NCBI GenBank assembly: GCA_002308075.1
Contig: DBUU01000114.1
Coordinates: 24,552-88,551, forward strand
DNA from: Alteromonadaceae bacterium UBA1282
GTDB lineage: Bacteria > Pseudomonadota > Gammaproteobacteria > Enterobacterales > Alteromonadaceae
Direction: 5' to 3'
Length of the DNA stretch: 64,000 nt
Part shown: in pieces, positions 19,203-29,204 of the stretch
Numbering within the stretch: position 1 is the stretch's first letter
Layout of the letters: each line of letters opens with the position of its first letter
The notes under the pieces: model-generated
The model's input: only the letters and a program-made list of their open reading frames with translations
Told to the model about the DNA's origin: nothing
The model's database searches: none
Position numbers and translations under genes: made by a program

Positions 19203-20732
19203 TTATTCCGGGTCGGGGAATTGGCCGCGTATGGCAGTGAAGGTGGTAAAGTTTGCCAGCAACAAATCAACCAGTCTGGGATCAAACTGTTTACCCCGTT
19301 GCGCAGTGAAGTATTCACGAATTTGCGTTTCAGACCAGGGGCCTTTGTAGCAACGTTTACTGCCCAGGGCGTCAAACACATCGGCAACGGCCACTATGCA
19401 CCCAGCCGCTGAAATGGCATTTTCACGCAGCCCATTTGGGTAACCGCTGCCATCCCAGCATTCATGATGCTCATGGGCAATGGTTGCGCCAAGCTGCAAA
19501 ATGGGGTTGTCGCTTTTGCGTAGCATGTCGAACCCGGCTTTAGCATGGGTTTGCATAATCTGCCGCTCTTCATCAGTGTGTGGCCCTGGCTTGTTTAAAA
19601 TTAAATCCGGGATGGCGACTTTGCCTACATCGTGCAGCGGTGAGGCTAGTTTTATCATTTCGGCTTCGCTGTCGGTTAGGCCGTAATGCCTGGCCAACAG
19701 TGCACTGATATGGGCTACCCGGCGCACGTGTGAACCGGTTTCCTTGGAACGGAGCTCCACCGCCTCACCAATAATGTACGAGAGTTCACGTTGTGAGTCT
19801 CTGATCACTTCGCGCAGTTTGAGGTTTTCGTGGGATACCGCGATGTTGTTGGCAAAAAACGAGAGCAAGTGATGCTGGACCGGCTCCAACGGTTCATTTT
19901 TCGCTACGTACAGCACATTTTCCATGCCCCGGCGGGTAGTAAAGTAACTCACAAAGTAATCGCTGCCCTGAATATTGCTGTGTTGTTTTAACGCCTCTTC
20001 GATGCGGGTTTGCACATTTGCAGGGATGGTTGATAAAGACTTGCCCTGTAAGTTTGTGGCCAGAATTTTATACTGGTTGCCGGCTTTTACGTCTCGGGTA
20101 ATGGCGCAGCAAATAATATCAGAGGTCTCGATAGCCAGCAGTACGGATATTTGATTTAAGATGGCGGAGGCAAATTGCGGGAGGGTGTCGCACTCGATAA
20201 ATTCGGTGGTGGCGCTGATAATTTTTTCCAGCCCTTGTCGGTGACGCTCAATCAGCCGAATGTCACGGTAAGCCCGCAGCGCAGTATACATGCTGGTTTT
20301 CAGGCGCAGCGCGGTGAGTTCGGTTTTGTTTTTATAATCGTTAATGTCGTAATCGCGGATCACCCGTTCTTCCGGTGCCTCGCCGGGCTGACCGGTACGC
20401 AAGATCAGCCTGATGACGTGATTGTTTAGCGTTTCGCGCACCCAGCGCACCAGCTCAAGACCGGCCTGAGTGGTTTCCATTACTACGTCTATAATTGCTA
20501 CCGCAATCGCGTTATGGGTGTCAGCAACTAAAATATCGCGGGCTTCAGCGGCACTGCTGGCGGTAATGATATTCAGTGGCCGTTGTTCAAAAACAAAATC
20601 ACCCAGCACCATACGGGTAACAGCGTGGATTTCCGGCTCGTCATCAACCACCAGCACCGTCCAGGCTGCTAATAGCTCTTCTTCGAGATCGGTTTCGTCA
20701 TCGTTGATAAACAGTAATTCGTCACCGAGCAT
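19203..20732 (-). CDS. REC-DUF3369-HD-GYP c-di-GMP phosphodiesterase response regulator
   Basis: VVDDE and IDVVM receiver motifs; LHDVGK, HHECWDGSGYP, ADVFDAL intact; GAGG RBS before ATG 20732. Confidence 0.9.
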   Translation of the reverse strand: MLGDELLFINDDETDLEEELLAAWTVLVVDDEPEIHAVTRMVLGDFVFEQRPLNIITASSAAEARDILVADTHNAIAVAIIDVVMETTQAGLELVRWVRETLNNHVIRLILRTGQPGEAPEERVIRDYDINDYKNKTELTALRLKTSMYTALRAYRDIRLIERHRQGLEKIISATTEFIECDTLPQFASAILNQISVLLAIETSDIICCAITRDVKAGNQYKILATNLQGKSLSTIPANVQTRIEEALKQHSNIQGSDYFVSYFTTRRGMENVLYVAKNEPLEPVQHHLLSFFANNIAVSHENLKLREVIRDSQRELSYIIGEAVELRSKETGSHVRRVAHISALLARHYGLTDSEAEMIKLASPLHDVGKVAIPDLILNKPGPHTDEERQIMQTHAKAGFDMLRKSDNPILQLGATIAHEHHECWDGSGYPNGLRENAISAAGCIVAVADVFDALGSKRCYKGPWSETQIREYFTAQRGKQFDPRLVDLLLANFTTFTAIRGQFPDPE

Positions 20733-21006
20733 TATGCGGTTACCTCGTTGCCACTGTGACAACCTCTTAACGATTTAAGGGGTTGTAGAATAACTATAGT
20801 ACGAGGTTGATGAATCCGCCTGCCAGTTTATACCAGCAAGGAGCTGTTAATTCATAGAGCCTCAGGGTGGCTTTTGAACACAGGTTTACTGAAGCATCTT
20901 TTAGTCAGTCACAAATGTCGCTTGTTTGAACGAGTTCACTCAAACTGTTACGGTGTTGTGAGAAGCCAGTGCGACCAGTATTGTACAAGAATGGACTAAG
21001 GGACTA

Positions 21007-21735
21007 ATGGACTTTCAAACCTTTACAAAAGCCAGCTTACTCTTGGCAATGGCGCTTTTCTTCTCAGCTTATCCGCAGCATACCCAAGCCAATTCTTTAG
21101 GGGTTGAAAGAGGAGAGGTATGTGCCACAAACCCTGGCAGCGATTTTACTGCCTGCCCGCAAGATTTTACCAATCACAAAATTGAAGCCGCTGAGCTTTG
21201 CCTAACCGCACTTGACTATACCAGTATTGGTGTCAATTGTGCCGGGGCCTTAAATACCGCTATTGATAACGCGGTTGCTTCTGAAGCGGGTTTTCACGCA
21301 TTGATGTCAATAGAGAACAAATCTGACCATGTCATCAAAGTAATTAGTCCTTCAAATAGCGATTTCGCCACACTAAAGAGCCGCTCGTCTTTTAGACTGA
21401 TAAACAAATACGCAGATGGGTCTGAGTTAGTGATTGATGTCGCTGTAAAGGGAGGAGTGGTTGAAATCGTAGAAAACAAAGACGCGTCATTTACCAGTGA
21501 TGGCAGAACGTTTACGCACGCTGAGAATTACGGTACATCGTTTCAGAGGAGTCTCAGGGAAGCTCAAAGGGTTGCAACATCACAACTAATACCTAAAAGC
21601 TGCGAGCAGCCGACATTTGATAACTCTGACTGGGTCGTTGAGGAAGTGATCACGGTAAACTATCCAGACGGACGAACTGAAGTGACTAATATTTATCGGC
21701 AGCAGGATACTTACTTAACTTACCTGCAGTGTTAG
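21007..21735 (+). CDS. Hypothetical secreted protein
   Basis: 242 aa with Sec-type signal peptide, 6 Cys, no recognised domain. Confidence 0.75.
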   Translation: MDFQTFTKASLLLAMALFFSAYPQHTQANSLGVERGEVCATNPGSDFTACPQDFTNHKIEAAELCLTALDYTSIGVNCAGALNTAIDNAVASEAGFHALMSIENKSDHVIKVISPSNSDFATLKSRSSFRLINKYADGSELVIDVAVKGGVVEIVENKDASFTSDGRTFTHAENYGTSFQRSLREAQRVATSQLIPKSCEQPTFDNSDWVVEEVITVNYPDGRTEVTNIYRQQDTYLTYLQC

Positions 21736-21821
21736 TGCTGTTTACCCGATACGTAAACTGCTTACCAAGCGTAGCGTAAATTGTTGATTCAGATAGCTCT
21801 CAATCAACAAATACCAATAAA

Positions 21822-21854
21822 AAAGCTGACCAACAGAACCTGAAGGTCAGCTTT
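21822..21854. terminator. Terminator between the 21007 ORF and convergent gor
   Basis: AAAGCTGACC...GGTCAGCTTT flanked by A/T runs. Confidence 0.65.
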
Positions 21855-21907
21855 ATTTATTTTTTGAGTGAGTAAACGTGACGCTTTACTCTCCCCCGTG
21901 CTGTGCA

Positions 21908-23254
21908 TTACATCGTTACGTATTCTTCGGCGCTGGTGGGGTGAATAGCAATACAGGCGTCAAAGTCAGCTTTGGTGGCGCCCATTTTGATTGCCACGCC
22001 AAAGCCTTGCAGGATTTCATCCATGGCGTAACCAATGCCGTGCAAACCTACTACTTTTTGATCTTCGCCGGCACAGATAAGTTTCATACTGGTGAGTTGG
22101 CGATGATGGGTGACAGCGGTATACATGGCCGCAAAGTTAGAGCGGTAAATGGTCAGGTTGTCTTTACCAAACTTAGCTTCTGCCTCGCTTTCAGTCATGC
22201 CAATGGTGCCAATAGGCGGGTGGCTGAAGACCACGGTAGGTACCAGGTCATAGTCGAGGTGGGCGTTGGTCTGGCCGTTAAACAGACGCTCGCTCAACAT
22301 CCGCCCGGCTTTAACCGCTACTGGGGTTAATTCAGGCTGGCCGGTAATATCGCCCACCGCGTAAATACCCTCAACGTTGGTATTCTGGAACTTATCGACC
22401 ACTATCTGCCCGTTGTGACGCATTTCAACGTCGGTGTTATCCAGACCAATCGTTGCGGTATTTGGCTTGCGGCCGGTGGCCCAGATCAGGCAGTCAACGG
22501 TAAGCGTATTACCATCGGTTAAGGCCAGTTCCAGATCGCCATTATCCAGCCTGGTAACCTCTTTGATTTCGGTTTTTTCGTGGATATCGATGCCTTCTTC
22601 GAGCATCAGGGTCTTAAGCGTTTCCTGCAACATGGCATCAAAACCCCGTAATGGCAGTTCCTGACGCAAAATAGAGTGGGTCTCACTGCCTAATGCGTTG
22701 AGTACGCCAGCCAGTTCCACACCTATGTAACCACCGCCTACTACAGCAACACGTCTCGGTTGCTCATCGAGCTCAAAGAAACCGTCCGAGTCGATACCGT
22801 ACTCTGCGCCGGGGATATCCGGGCGGAATGGCTTACCGCCGGTTGCGATCAGAATATGCGGGGCAGTGTACTGTTCACCGTCGACTTCCACGGTAGTGTT
22901 GTTAACGAATTTTGCATAACCTTTGAGCAGGGCTACCTGATTGTTGCCCAGCACCCGGTCGTAAGAGGCATGAATGCGAGATATGTACGCCTGACGGTTC
23001 TTAACCAGCGTAGACCAGTCAAATTTATTAACCGTTACATCAAAACCGTAATCCGGACCGTACTTATGAATAGCTTCTGCTACCTGAGCGCCGTACCACA
23101 TAGCTTTTTTAGGCACACAGCCCACATTTACACAGGTACCGCCCACCGCTTTTGCTTCAATAAGCAGGACTTTCTTGCCGTGTTTTGCTGCCCGGTTGGC
23201 CGAGGCAATGCCGCCACTGCCGCCGCCAATACAGATATAGTCAAACTCTTGCAT
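21908..23254 (-). CDS. gor: Glutathione-disulfide reductase
   Basis: GGGSGG, GGTCVNVGCVPKK, GGGYIG, HPTSAEE; ATG 23254 preferred. Confidence 0.96.
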   Translation of the reverse strand: MQEFDYICIGGGSGGIASANRAAKHGKKVLLIEAKAVGGTCVNVGCVPKKAMWYGAQVAEAIHKYGPDYGFDVTVNKFDWSTLVKNRQAYISRIHASYDRVLGNNQVALLKGYAKFVNNTTVEVDGEQYTAPHILIATGGKPFRPDIPGAEYGIDSDGFFELDEQPRRVAVVGGGYIGVELAGVLNALGSETHSILRQELPLRGFDAMLQETLKTLMLEEGIDIHEKTEIKEVTRLDNGDLELALTDGNTLTVDCLIWATGRKPNTATIGLDNTDVEMRHNGQIVVDKFQNTNVEGIYAVGDITGQPELTPVAVKAGRMLSERLFNGQTNAHLDYDLVPTVVFSHPPIGTIGMTESEAEAKFGKDNLTIYRSNFAAMYTAVTHHRQLTSMKLICAGEDQKVVGLHGIGYAMDEILQGFGVAIKMGATKADFDACIAIHPTSAEEYVTM

Positions 23255-23618
23255 CGCAAATTCTCTCGTCATTGTAGTGCTGCTATTGTGCATGATTTCG
23301 TATAGTCGGACAAACTTACTCTGTGCTTAACAGGCAGTGAGTCTGTCGGCCATGGTTACCTTAAAGACCCGCAATCGGATTATTTACTTTCAGCAGGGCT
23401 AGCGCTCTGAAGAATTTACAGGCGCATGCATTATTTACCTTTATCAGCGCATGGCAATGAGGCTCTTAAGTAATGGCTGCAGCCTTTGAAAGCCAGCTAT
23501 GGCGGGGGTTAAGGCGTATGGTGACAATTCGGCACAGGCTATGCAACCTCTTAATCGTACGAATTTGAAAGGTTGATACCTTGTCAGCCTTTACGACTTT
23601 TAACGAGCAGGAGGAATT

Positions 23619-24131
23619 ATGAGCAACGTAAAAATTGCAGAATTTACCGCCCCGGGCATTAAAGACAATGCAGCAAAAAATGCAATCTCTGTGCTTGATG
23701 ACCGTATGGTCGCCTTGATTGATTTACAGCTTACGCTGAAGCACATTCACTGGAATGTGGTAGGTCCGAACTTTATTGGTGTGCATGAAATGCTTGACCC
23801 ACAGGTAGAAGCAGTTCGTGAAATGACCGACACCATAGCCGAGCGTATTGCCACCCTTGGCGGTGTGCCGGTAGGTACGCCAAAATCGATTGTAGAGCGT
23901 CGTCGCTGGGACGATTATTCAGTAGGTAAAGGCCTGGTAACAGACCATCTGACTGCGCTGGACAAAGTGTATAATGGTGTCAACGAAGACCATCGTAAGG
24001 CCATTGATACCCTGAGTGAACTCGACCCGGTATCTGAAGATATGGTAACCGGTCAACTAGCTCAGCTCGAGCAGTTCCAGTGGTTTGTCCGCGCGCATAT
24101 TGAATCAGCGAGCGGTGAACTTAAAAGCTAG
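23619..24131 (+). CDS. dps: Dps DNA-protecting ferritin-like protein
   Basis: HIHWNVVGPNFIGVHEMLD, IAERIATLGG. Confidence 0.93.
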   Translation: MSNVKIAEFTAPGIKDNAAKNAISVLDDRMVALIDLQLTLKHIHWNVVGPNFIGVHEMLDPQVEAVREMTDTIAERIATLGGVPVGTPKSIVERRRWDDYSVGKGLVTDHLTALDKVYNGVNEDHRKAIDTLSELDPVSEDMVTGQLAQLEQFQWFVRAHIESASGELKS

Positions 24132-24178
24132 CAGTAGCTTGTAACATTTCTTTCTTCATGTGTGTAACTTCCCATTTT

Positions 24179-24210
24179 GCCCGCAGCCTCCCGGCCGCGG
24201 GCTTTTTTTT
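24179..24210 (+). terminator. Rho-independent terminator after dps
   Basis: GCCCGC...GCGGGC followed by T8. Confidence 0.8.
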
Positions 24211-24278
24211 GCATGGTCATCTGGTTGAGTATATAGTGTAGCAATGTGTAGTGTTATGTAGCGTTTGGGGTGTGTCTG

Positions 24279-24485
24279 ATGGGCATCGTAAAAATCTCTG
24301 ATCAATTGCACGAAGAGGTGCGCAAGAACAGCGTGGTGATGGAGCGCTCAATTAATTCTCAGGCTGAGTTCTGGATGAAAATAGGCCGCTTAGCAGAACA
24401 AAACCCTTCGCTTACTTACGAGCAAATTCTGGAGCAGGAGATGCGCCAGCAGAAAGTGAATAAGGTCCGGCTGGTTAATGAGTAA
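24279..24485 (+). CDS. ParD-like ribbon-helix-helix protein
   Basis: MGIVKISDQLH...RSINSQAEFWMKIG pattern; overlaps the map start. Confidence 0.75.
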   Translation: MGIVKISDQLHEEVRKNSVVMERSINSQAEFWMKIGRLAEQNPSLTYEQILEQEMRQQKVNKVRLVNE

Positions 24486-25284
24486 AGTGATAATTAAAAC
24501 GCCACAGGAAGTGGCATTAATGCGCGAGGCCGGTCAGTTGCTGGCGCGTGTGTTTGGTGCGCTGGATGAATTTGTTGCTGCCGGTGTAACCACTATGGCG
24601 ATCAACGAATTTGTGGAGCACTATATTGTTGATACGCTTAAAAGCCGGCCTGCCAGTAAAGGGCAGTATGGTTATGAATACGCTTTAAATACCTCTGTGA
24701 ACGAGGTTATTTGCCACGGCGTGCCGTCGGTGGCCAAAGCCCTGCGCAAAGGGGATATTGTTAATCTGGACATTACCCTGGAGAAAAATGGCTACATTGC
24801 CGATAGCAGCAAAATGTACTGTATTGGTGAAGTTTCACCGCTGGCCCACCGGCTGGTAAAAGTCACCTACGAAGCGATGTGGAAAGGCATCGAATCGGTT
24901 AAGCCCGGAGCCCGTATTGGCGATATCGGTGACGCCGTACAGCGGCATGCCGAGCAACATGGTTACAGCGTGGTCAGGGAGTATTGCGGTCATGGCATCG
25001 GCCGCGAAATGCATGAAGAATCCCAAATACTGCATGTGGGAACACCGGGTACCGGACTGGTTTTGCGCGAGGGCATGGTGTTTACCATCGAACCCATGAT
25101 TAATCAGGGCACCCATAAAACCAAACTGAAAAAAGATGGCTGGACGGTGATTACCCGCGACCGAAAATTATCGGCACAATGGGAACATACCATTGCGGTT
25201 ACAGCCGATGGTTACGAAGTGTTAACGCTGCGTCCGGAAGAACAATTGCCGGCCACCTCAAACAAACCAGTGCGACAGCGCTAG
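24478..25284 (+). CDS. map: Type I methionine aminopeptidase
   Basis: NEVICHG, DITLEKNGYIAD, GHGIG, TIEPM, SAQWEHT. Confidence 0.93.
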   Translation: MSKVIIKTPQEVALMREAGQLLARVFGALDEFVAAGVTTMAINEFVEHYIVDTLKSRPASKGQYGYEYALNTSVNEVICHGVPSVAKALRKGDIVNLDITLEKNGYIADSSKMYCIGEVSPLAHRLVKVTYEAMWKGIESVKPGARIGDIGDAVQRHAEQHGYSVVREYCGHGIGREMHEESQILHVGTPGTGLVLREGMVFTIEPMINQGTHKTKLKKDGWTVITRDRKLSAQWEHTIAVTADGYEVLTLRPEEQLPATSNKPVRQR

Positions 25285-25332
25285 TATGGCTGTCGCTACG
25301 CATGACGAACAAACAACGCTAGAAAATCCTGC

Positions 25333-26631
25333 TTAGATAGTTTCATCGCTTTTTTCATTTTCAATCACAATCTCAAATTGACGCTTGTGCTCACGCTCGT
25401 ATTGTTTCAGCTTAGCGATGGTCGCCTCTGAAAACACATGGCCGGCTGGTAACAGCAGAATATGATTATCATTGTAGAGGTTGTTGCCCAGTACCATACC
25501 GACACTCAGCTCTTCACTGGTTAGGTGATTTTCGATAAAGCTGGGCTTATCGATGTCATGGTCGATAAGCAGTACATCAAGAATTTCGCCGTCGTAGCGG
25601 GTGTTGCGGTGTTTTTTGAGCTCTGCTTTGGCATCTCTTGGCTCCATACGCTGTGAGCTCAAACGGCCGCTAACCAGACGCCAGTAGTCGCGGGCGATGG
25701 CATGAATGCGCGCGCCCAGCGGAATTTCCCTGGCCACTTTGTGGTATAAACCGCTGCCGTTGTAGTGCTCAAACTGAAATTCGATGATTTCACTGATAGG
25801 CTGCATATGTTCGGCCGGTGCCAGAATCATCTTCGCCAGATGAGTCTGCGACAGGTAATCTTTTTGCTGCTGATAAGTTAGTTTGGCAAACGGCGGGCGG
25901 AAGTTTTCCGGTTGTAAGCCTAATAAGCCCAGTTCGCCAATCAGGCTCGCGTAACTATAGAGTTTTCTTTCATCCGGGCTGCAGCCAAGTTTTGCGGCAA
26001 GCTTTTTAGTGAGTTCGCTTACTTCAATGGCAAATTTGCCGTCGATATCCGGATTAATGGAAATCACATTAAACAACACCTGCTCCAGAGCGCGGTTACG
26101 GGTTTCAATGCGGTTAAGCGCCGCTTTGATTTGCCGCGTGCGCTTCAGCACGGTTTTTTCTAAATCGTTGTTAACCTCTTTTAACTTGGCATTTTGCAGG
26201 CGGGTCAGCTTTTGCAGGCGGGCGTTCTCGTCTTTGAGCCTGACGCGCTCGAGACCTTCTTCGATAGTATTAATCAGTTCCTGGTTGTCCCAGGGTTTTT
26301 GCAGATAACGATGAATACGACCCTGATTAACGGCTTTAATAGTGGCGTCGATATCCGCAAACCCGGTTAGCACCACCCGGAACGTGTCCGGGTATTTTGC
26401 AGCGACTTTTTCGAGCAGTTCTGCGCCGGTCATGTGCGGCATCTTCATATCCGAAATCACCACATGAATGGTTTTCTGCTCCATAATCGCCAGGGCTTCT
26501 TCACCGCTCTCTGCCAGGGTCAGATCGATTTTCAATGAAAACAGCGCTCGCTTGATGGAGCGTAAAATATTTTGTTCATCATCAACACAAAGTACTGAGT
26601 ATCTTGGCGTTGCAGCTTCGGTGTTCGGCAT
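25333..26631 (-). CDS. Response regulator with degenerate HD-GYP-like output domain
   Basis: CVDDE and ISDMKMP receiver; IPLGARI motif kept but HD, HHE and GYP replaced. Confidence 0.82.
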   Translation of the reverse strand: MPNTEAATPRYSVLCVDDEQNILRSIKRALFSLKIDLTLAESGEEALAIMEQKTIHVVISDMKMPHMTGAELLEKVAAKYPDTFRVVLTGFADIDATIKAVNQGRIHRYLQKPWDNQELINTIEEGLERVRLKDENARLQKLTRLQNAKLKEVNNDLEKTVLKRTRQIKAALNRIETRNRALEQVLFNVISINPDIDGKFAIEVSELTKKLAAKLGCSPDERKLYSYASLIGELGLLGLQPENFRPPFAKLTYQQQKDYLSQTHLAKMILAPAEHMQPISEIIEFQFEHYNGSGLYHKVAREIPLGARIHAIARDYWRLVSGRLSSQRMEPRDAKAELKKHRNTRYDGEILDVLLIDHDIDKPSFIENHLTSEELSVGMVLGNNLYNDNHILLLPAGHVFSEATIAKLKQYEREHKRQFEIVIENEKSDETI

Positions 26632-26656
26632 AGTAGTTCCTCGATGATCCTGACCG

Positions 26657-28327
26657 CTAGTGTTGCGCTACGGTATGCTGGTGGTCATCCAGACCGTTTA
26701 CAGGTAAGGCTAGTTCAAAGATACTCCCTTCTCCTGGCGTACTGGAGACCTGAATCTGGCCGCCATGCTCCTGAATAATCCCATAGGTAATAGACAAGCC
26801 CAGCCCGGTGCCTTGCCCTTCAGGTTTAGTGGTAAAAAACGGATTAAACAGCTTGTCGAGATTTTCCTGACTAATCCCACAGCCGGTGTCCTGGATACGG
26901 ACTTTCACAAAATCGCCTTCCTGCTTTGTTGAGATACTGATTACGCCCTGCTTACCGGTGGCTTCGATTGCCTGGCCGGCATTGATAAGCAGGTTAGTAA
27001 AGACCTGAGTTAACTTGCCCAAATTAAAGTACACCTTGGGCAAATCCGCGAATTGCTTTTCTACCTTGCAGATATACTTGAGCTTGTTATTCACCATCGT
27101 TAGCGTGGTATTGAGGCAATGATTCAGGTCGTACCGTCGTGACTCCTCTGAGTCGATTCGGGAAAATATTTTCAGGTCCTTAACGATCTCACTGACTCGC
27201 TGTAACCCCTCTGCTGACTCTTCGATCAGGGGCCCCACATCTTCGCCGATAAAGTCCAGATCATGCTGCGCATAAAATGCCTGAAGTTCATCCACCCGGG
27301 CTTTTAATGCCTCGATGGATTCATCGCTGTGAAGCTTCTTCGCCATATCCAGCAAAATTTGGAACAGTGATAAATAGTCTTTTAATGTGCTTAAGTTACT
27401 GCTGACAAAGCCTATGGGATTATTGATTTCATGGGCTACACCAGCGGCTAACTGACCCACTGAGGCCATTTTTTCCGCCTGCAATAGTTGCTGTTGTGTT
27501 TCTTTCAGGTGTTTGTTGGCATTTTCGAGTTCCGCGTTTTTATCACTCAACGCCTGGGTGCGCTCTTTAACTTTGTTTTCCAGTGAGCGGTTTAACTCTC
27601 TCAGTTCGTCCTGTGCACCGCTTCTGTTTTCATATTCTTCGGCCAGTGTATTAACCAGGGTATTAAACGACAGGGCCAGTTCGGAGAGCTCGTCACGGCC
27701 TTTTATCGGGATCGAAACACTTCTGTAATTGTGCGTGGGAATGGCTTTTAGCATGTCTTTGGCCCCCTGAAGCAGAGAGTGCAACTGGGAGGTCAGATAA
27801 GTGCCTAAACCAAAGGAAAACAGCGCTACCAGTACCATTTCCAGCAGCGCCAGCGCGATGATCCAGTTGCGAATTTGCAGCAGCGAAGATTGCACTGAGG
27901 TCACGTCGATACCAATTTGTACTTCGCCAAAGTATTCGTTGGCAACAGTAATCGGTTCCCGGGTGTCATAAACCGAGTCGTCAATCCCCTGTACCGAAGT
28001 ATCCAGACTAAACGGCTTATCGGCGATACCTTCACGACTACGTTGAGCAAGCACCCGTTGCTGACTGTCGATCACCCTGGCGTAGGCGATATCCGGGTTA
28101 TTCATGAGTTCTTCTACCGATGCTTCAAGCGAAGCCAGGTCGAGAGAAAGCAAAGGATCCCGGGTGATCGACGAAAACAGGTTAGCTGTGGTTTGTGCAC
28201 GCTTTACCACGTTGTCTTCGATTAATGCGTTAATAAACGTCAGGCTCGTTATAATCAGAACAAGCAGCAGCGTTGCTTCGATTAACGCCGTACCGGCGAT
28301 GGTTTTGGTACGTAATGACAGGCGCAT
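26657..28327 (-). CDS. Sensor histidine kinase (HAMP-HisKA-HATPase)
   Basis: AHEINNP H-box, NAGQA, DTGCGI, FFTTKPEGQGTGLGL; two TM segments. Confidence 0.92.
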   Translation of the reverse strand: MRLSLRTKTIAGTALIEATLLLVLIITSLTFINALIEDNVVKRAQTTANLFSSITRDPLLSLDLASLEASVEELMNNPDIAYARVIDSQQRVLAQRSREGIADKPFSLDTSVQGIDDSVYDTREPITVANEYFGEVQIGIDVTSVQSSLLQIRNWIIALALLEMVLVALFSFGLGTYLTSQLHSLLQGAKDMLKAIPTHNYRSVSIPIKGRDELSELALSFNTLVNTLAEEYENRSGAQDELRELNRSLENKVKERTQALSDKNAELENANKHLKETQQQLLQAEKMASVGQLAAGVAHEINNPIGFVSSNLSTLKDYLSLFQILLDMAKKLHSDESIEALKARVDELQAFYAQHDLDFIGEDVGPLIEESAEGLQRVSEIVKDLKIFSRIDSEESRRYDLNHCLNTTLTMVNNKLKYICKVEKQFADLPKVYFNLGKLTQVFTNLLINAGQAIEATGKQGVISISTKQEGDFVKVRIQDTGCGISQENLDKLFNPFFTTKPEGQGTGLGLSITYGIIQEHGGQIQVSSTPGEGSIFELALPVNGLDDHQHTVAQH

Positions 28328-28336
28328 GATGTTGGC

Positions 28337-29179
28337 TCAGATATCCGGTCTCGACAGCGAATTAATGCCTAACGCGCGGATGTCGTTCCAGTCTTTATCT
28401 TCAGCGGCATCGAGACGATTAAAATTCAACTGTTTGAGTAAGGCTCTGCCTTTTTCGGTGGTTACCAGTTTTTCAAGCGCGGCAATCAGTAGTTTCTGGT
28501 GGGCAAGGGGAACCCTGCTGTGCGCAGCAATCGCATGACTGGTATAGGCTTTACTTTGCCATAATATTTTAAGTTGTGAGCGTTGTGATGCAGGTATATG
28601 TTCCAGTGATCGGATAATGCCGCCCCCTGCCGGAAAGAGTTCTTTAATAACATTAAGATAGACCGAATCGTGAGAATTTACATAACGCGGACTAATACTT
28701 ATGCCTGCACGATTGAGTTCGGCACGTGGAATAATACTGGCTGCAAAAGCGGCAGGGGCAGGAAAAGCGAGGGTTGCCCCCTGTAACTGTTCAATGTCGG
28801 TGATGTGGCTGTCTTTGCGGGTCACGATAATCCCCCGCAGGCCTTTTTCAGAGTCCCGCACCAGCGGCTGATAACCGGATCTGCTGTGAAACACAACATA
28901 ATGATAGGGGTTCATATAAGCTAAATCATACTTTGCCGCAGTTAACTCATCCTCAAAGCTGGGGATGTCTTTGGCAGTGATAAAGCTTAATGACAGACCG
29001 GTTTCCTGCTTCAGGTGCTGGAGCAGGGGTGTCCACATCTGAGCCAGTCGATGAGCGGATTGCTGAGGAACCACACCAAAAGTGTATTGTGCCGGCTGGT
29101 TGGCAGGCGTCTGTTTGCCTGTGTCGGCAAATGCGTTCGACGCTCCCAGAATAGCCAGAATAACAAGCACAAATTTCAT
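28337..29179 (-). CDS. PhnD-like periplasmic phosphate/phosphonate-binding protein
   Basis: Signal peptide, FGVVPQQS, YMNPYHYV, NSHDSVY. Confidence 0.8.
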   Translation of the reverse strand: MKFVLVILAILGASNAFADTGKQTPANQPAQYTFGVVPQQSAHRLAQMWTPLLQHLKQETGLSLSFITAKDIPSFEDELTAAKYDLAYMNPYHYVVFHSRSGYQPLVRDSEKGLRGIIVTRKDSHITDIEQLQGATLAFPAPAAFAASIIPRAELNRAGISISPRYVNSHDSVYLNVIKELFPAGGGIIRSLEHIPASQRSQLKILWQSKAYTSHAIAAHSRVPLAHQKLLIAALEKLVTTEKGRALLKQLNFNRLDAAEDKDWNDIRALGINSLSRPDI

Positions 29180-29204
29180 ATTGCTCTCCGCTTTGAACTA
29201 CCGT

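Noticed and set aside
20991-21013. Triple GGACT repeat around the 21007 start
   Set aside because: Too short; explained by the RBS and start codon context
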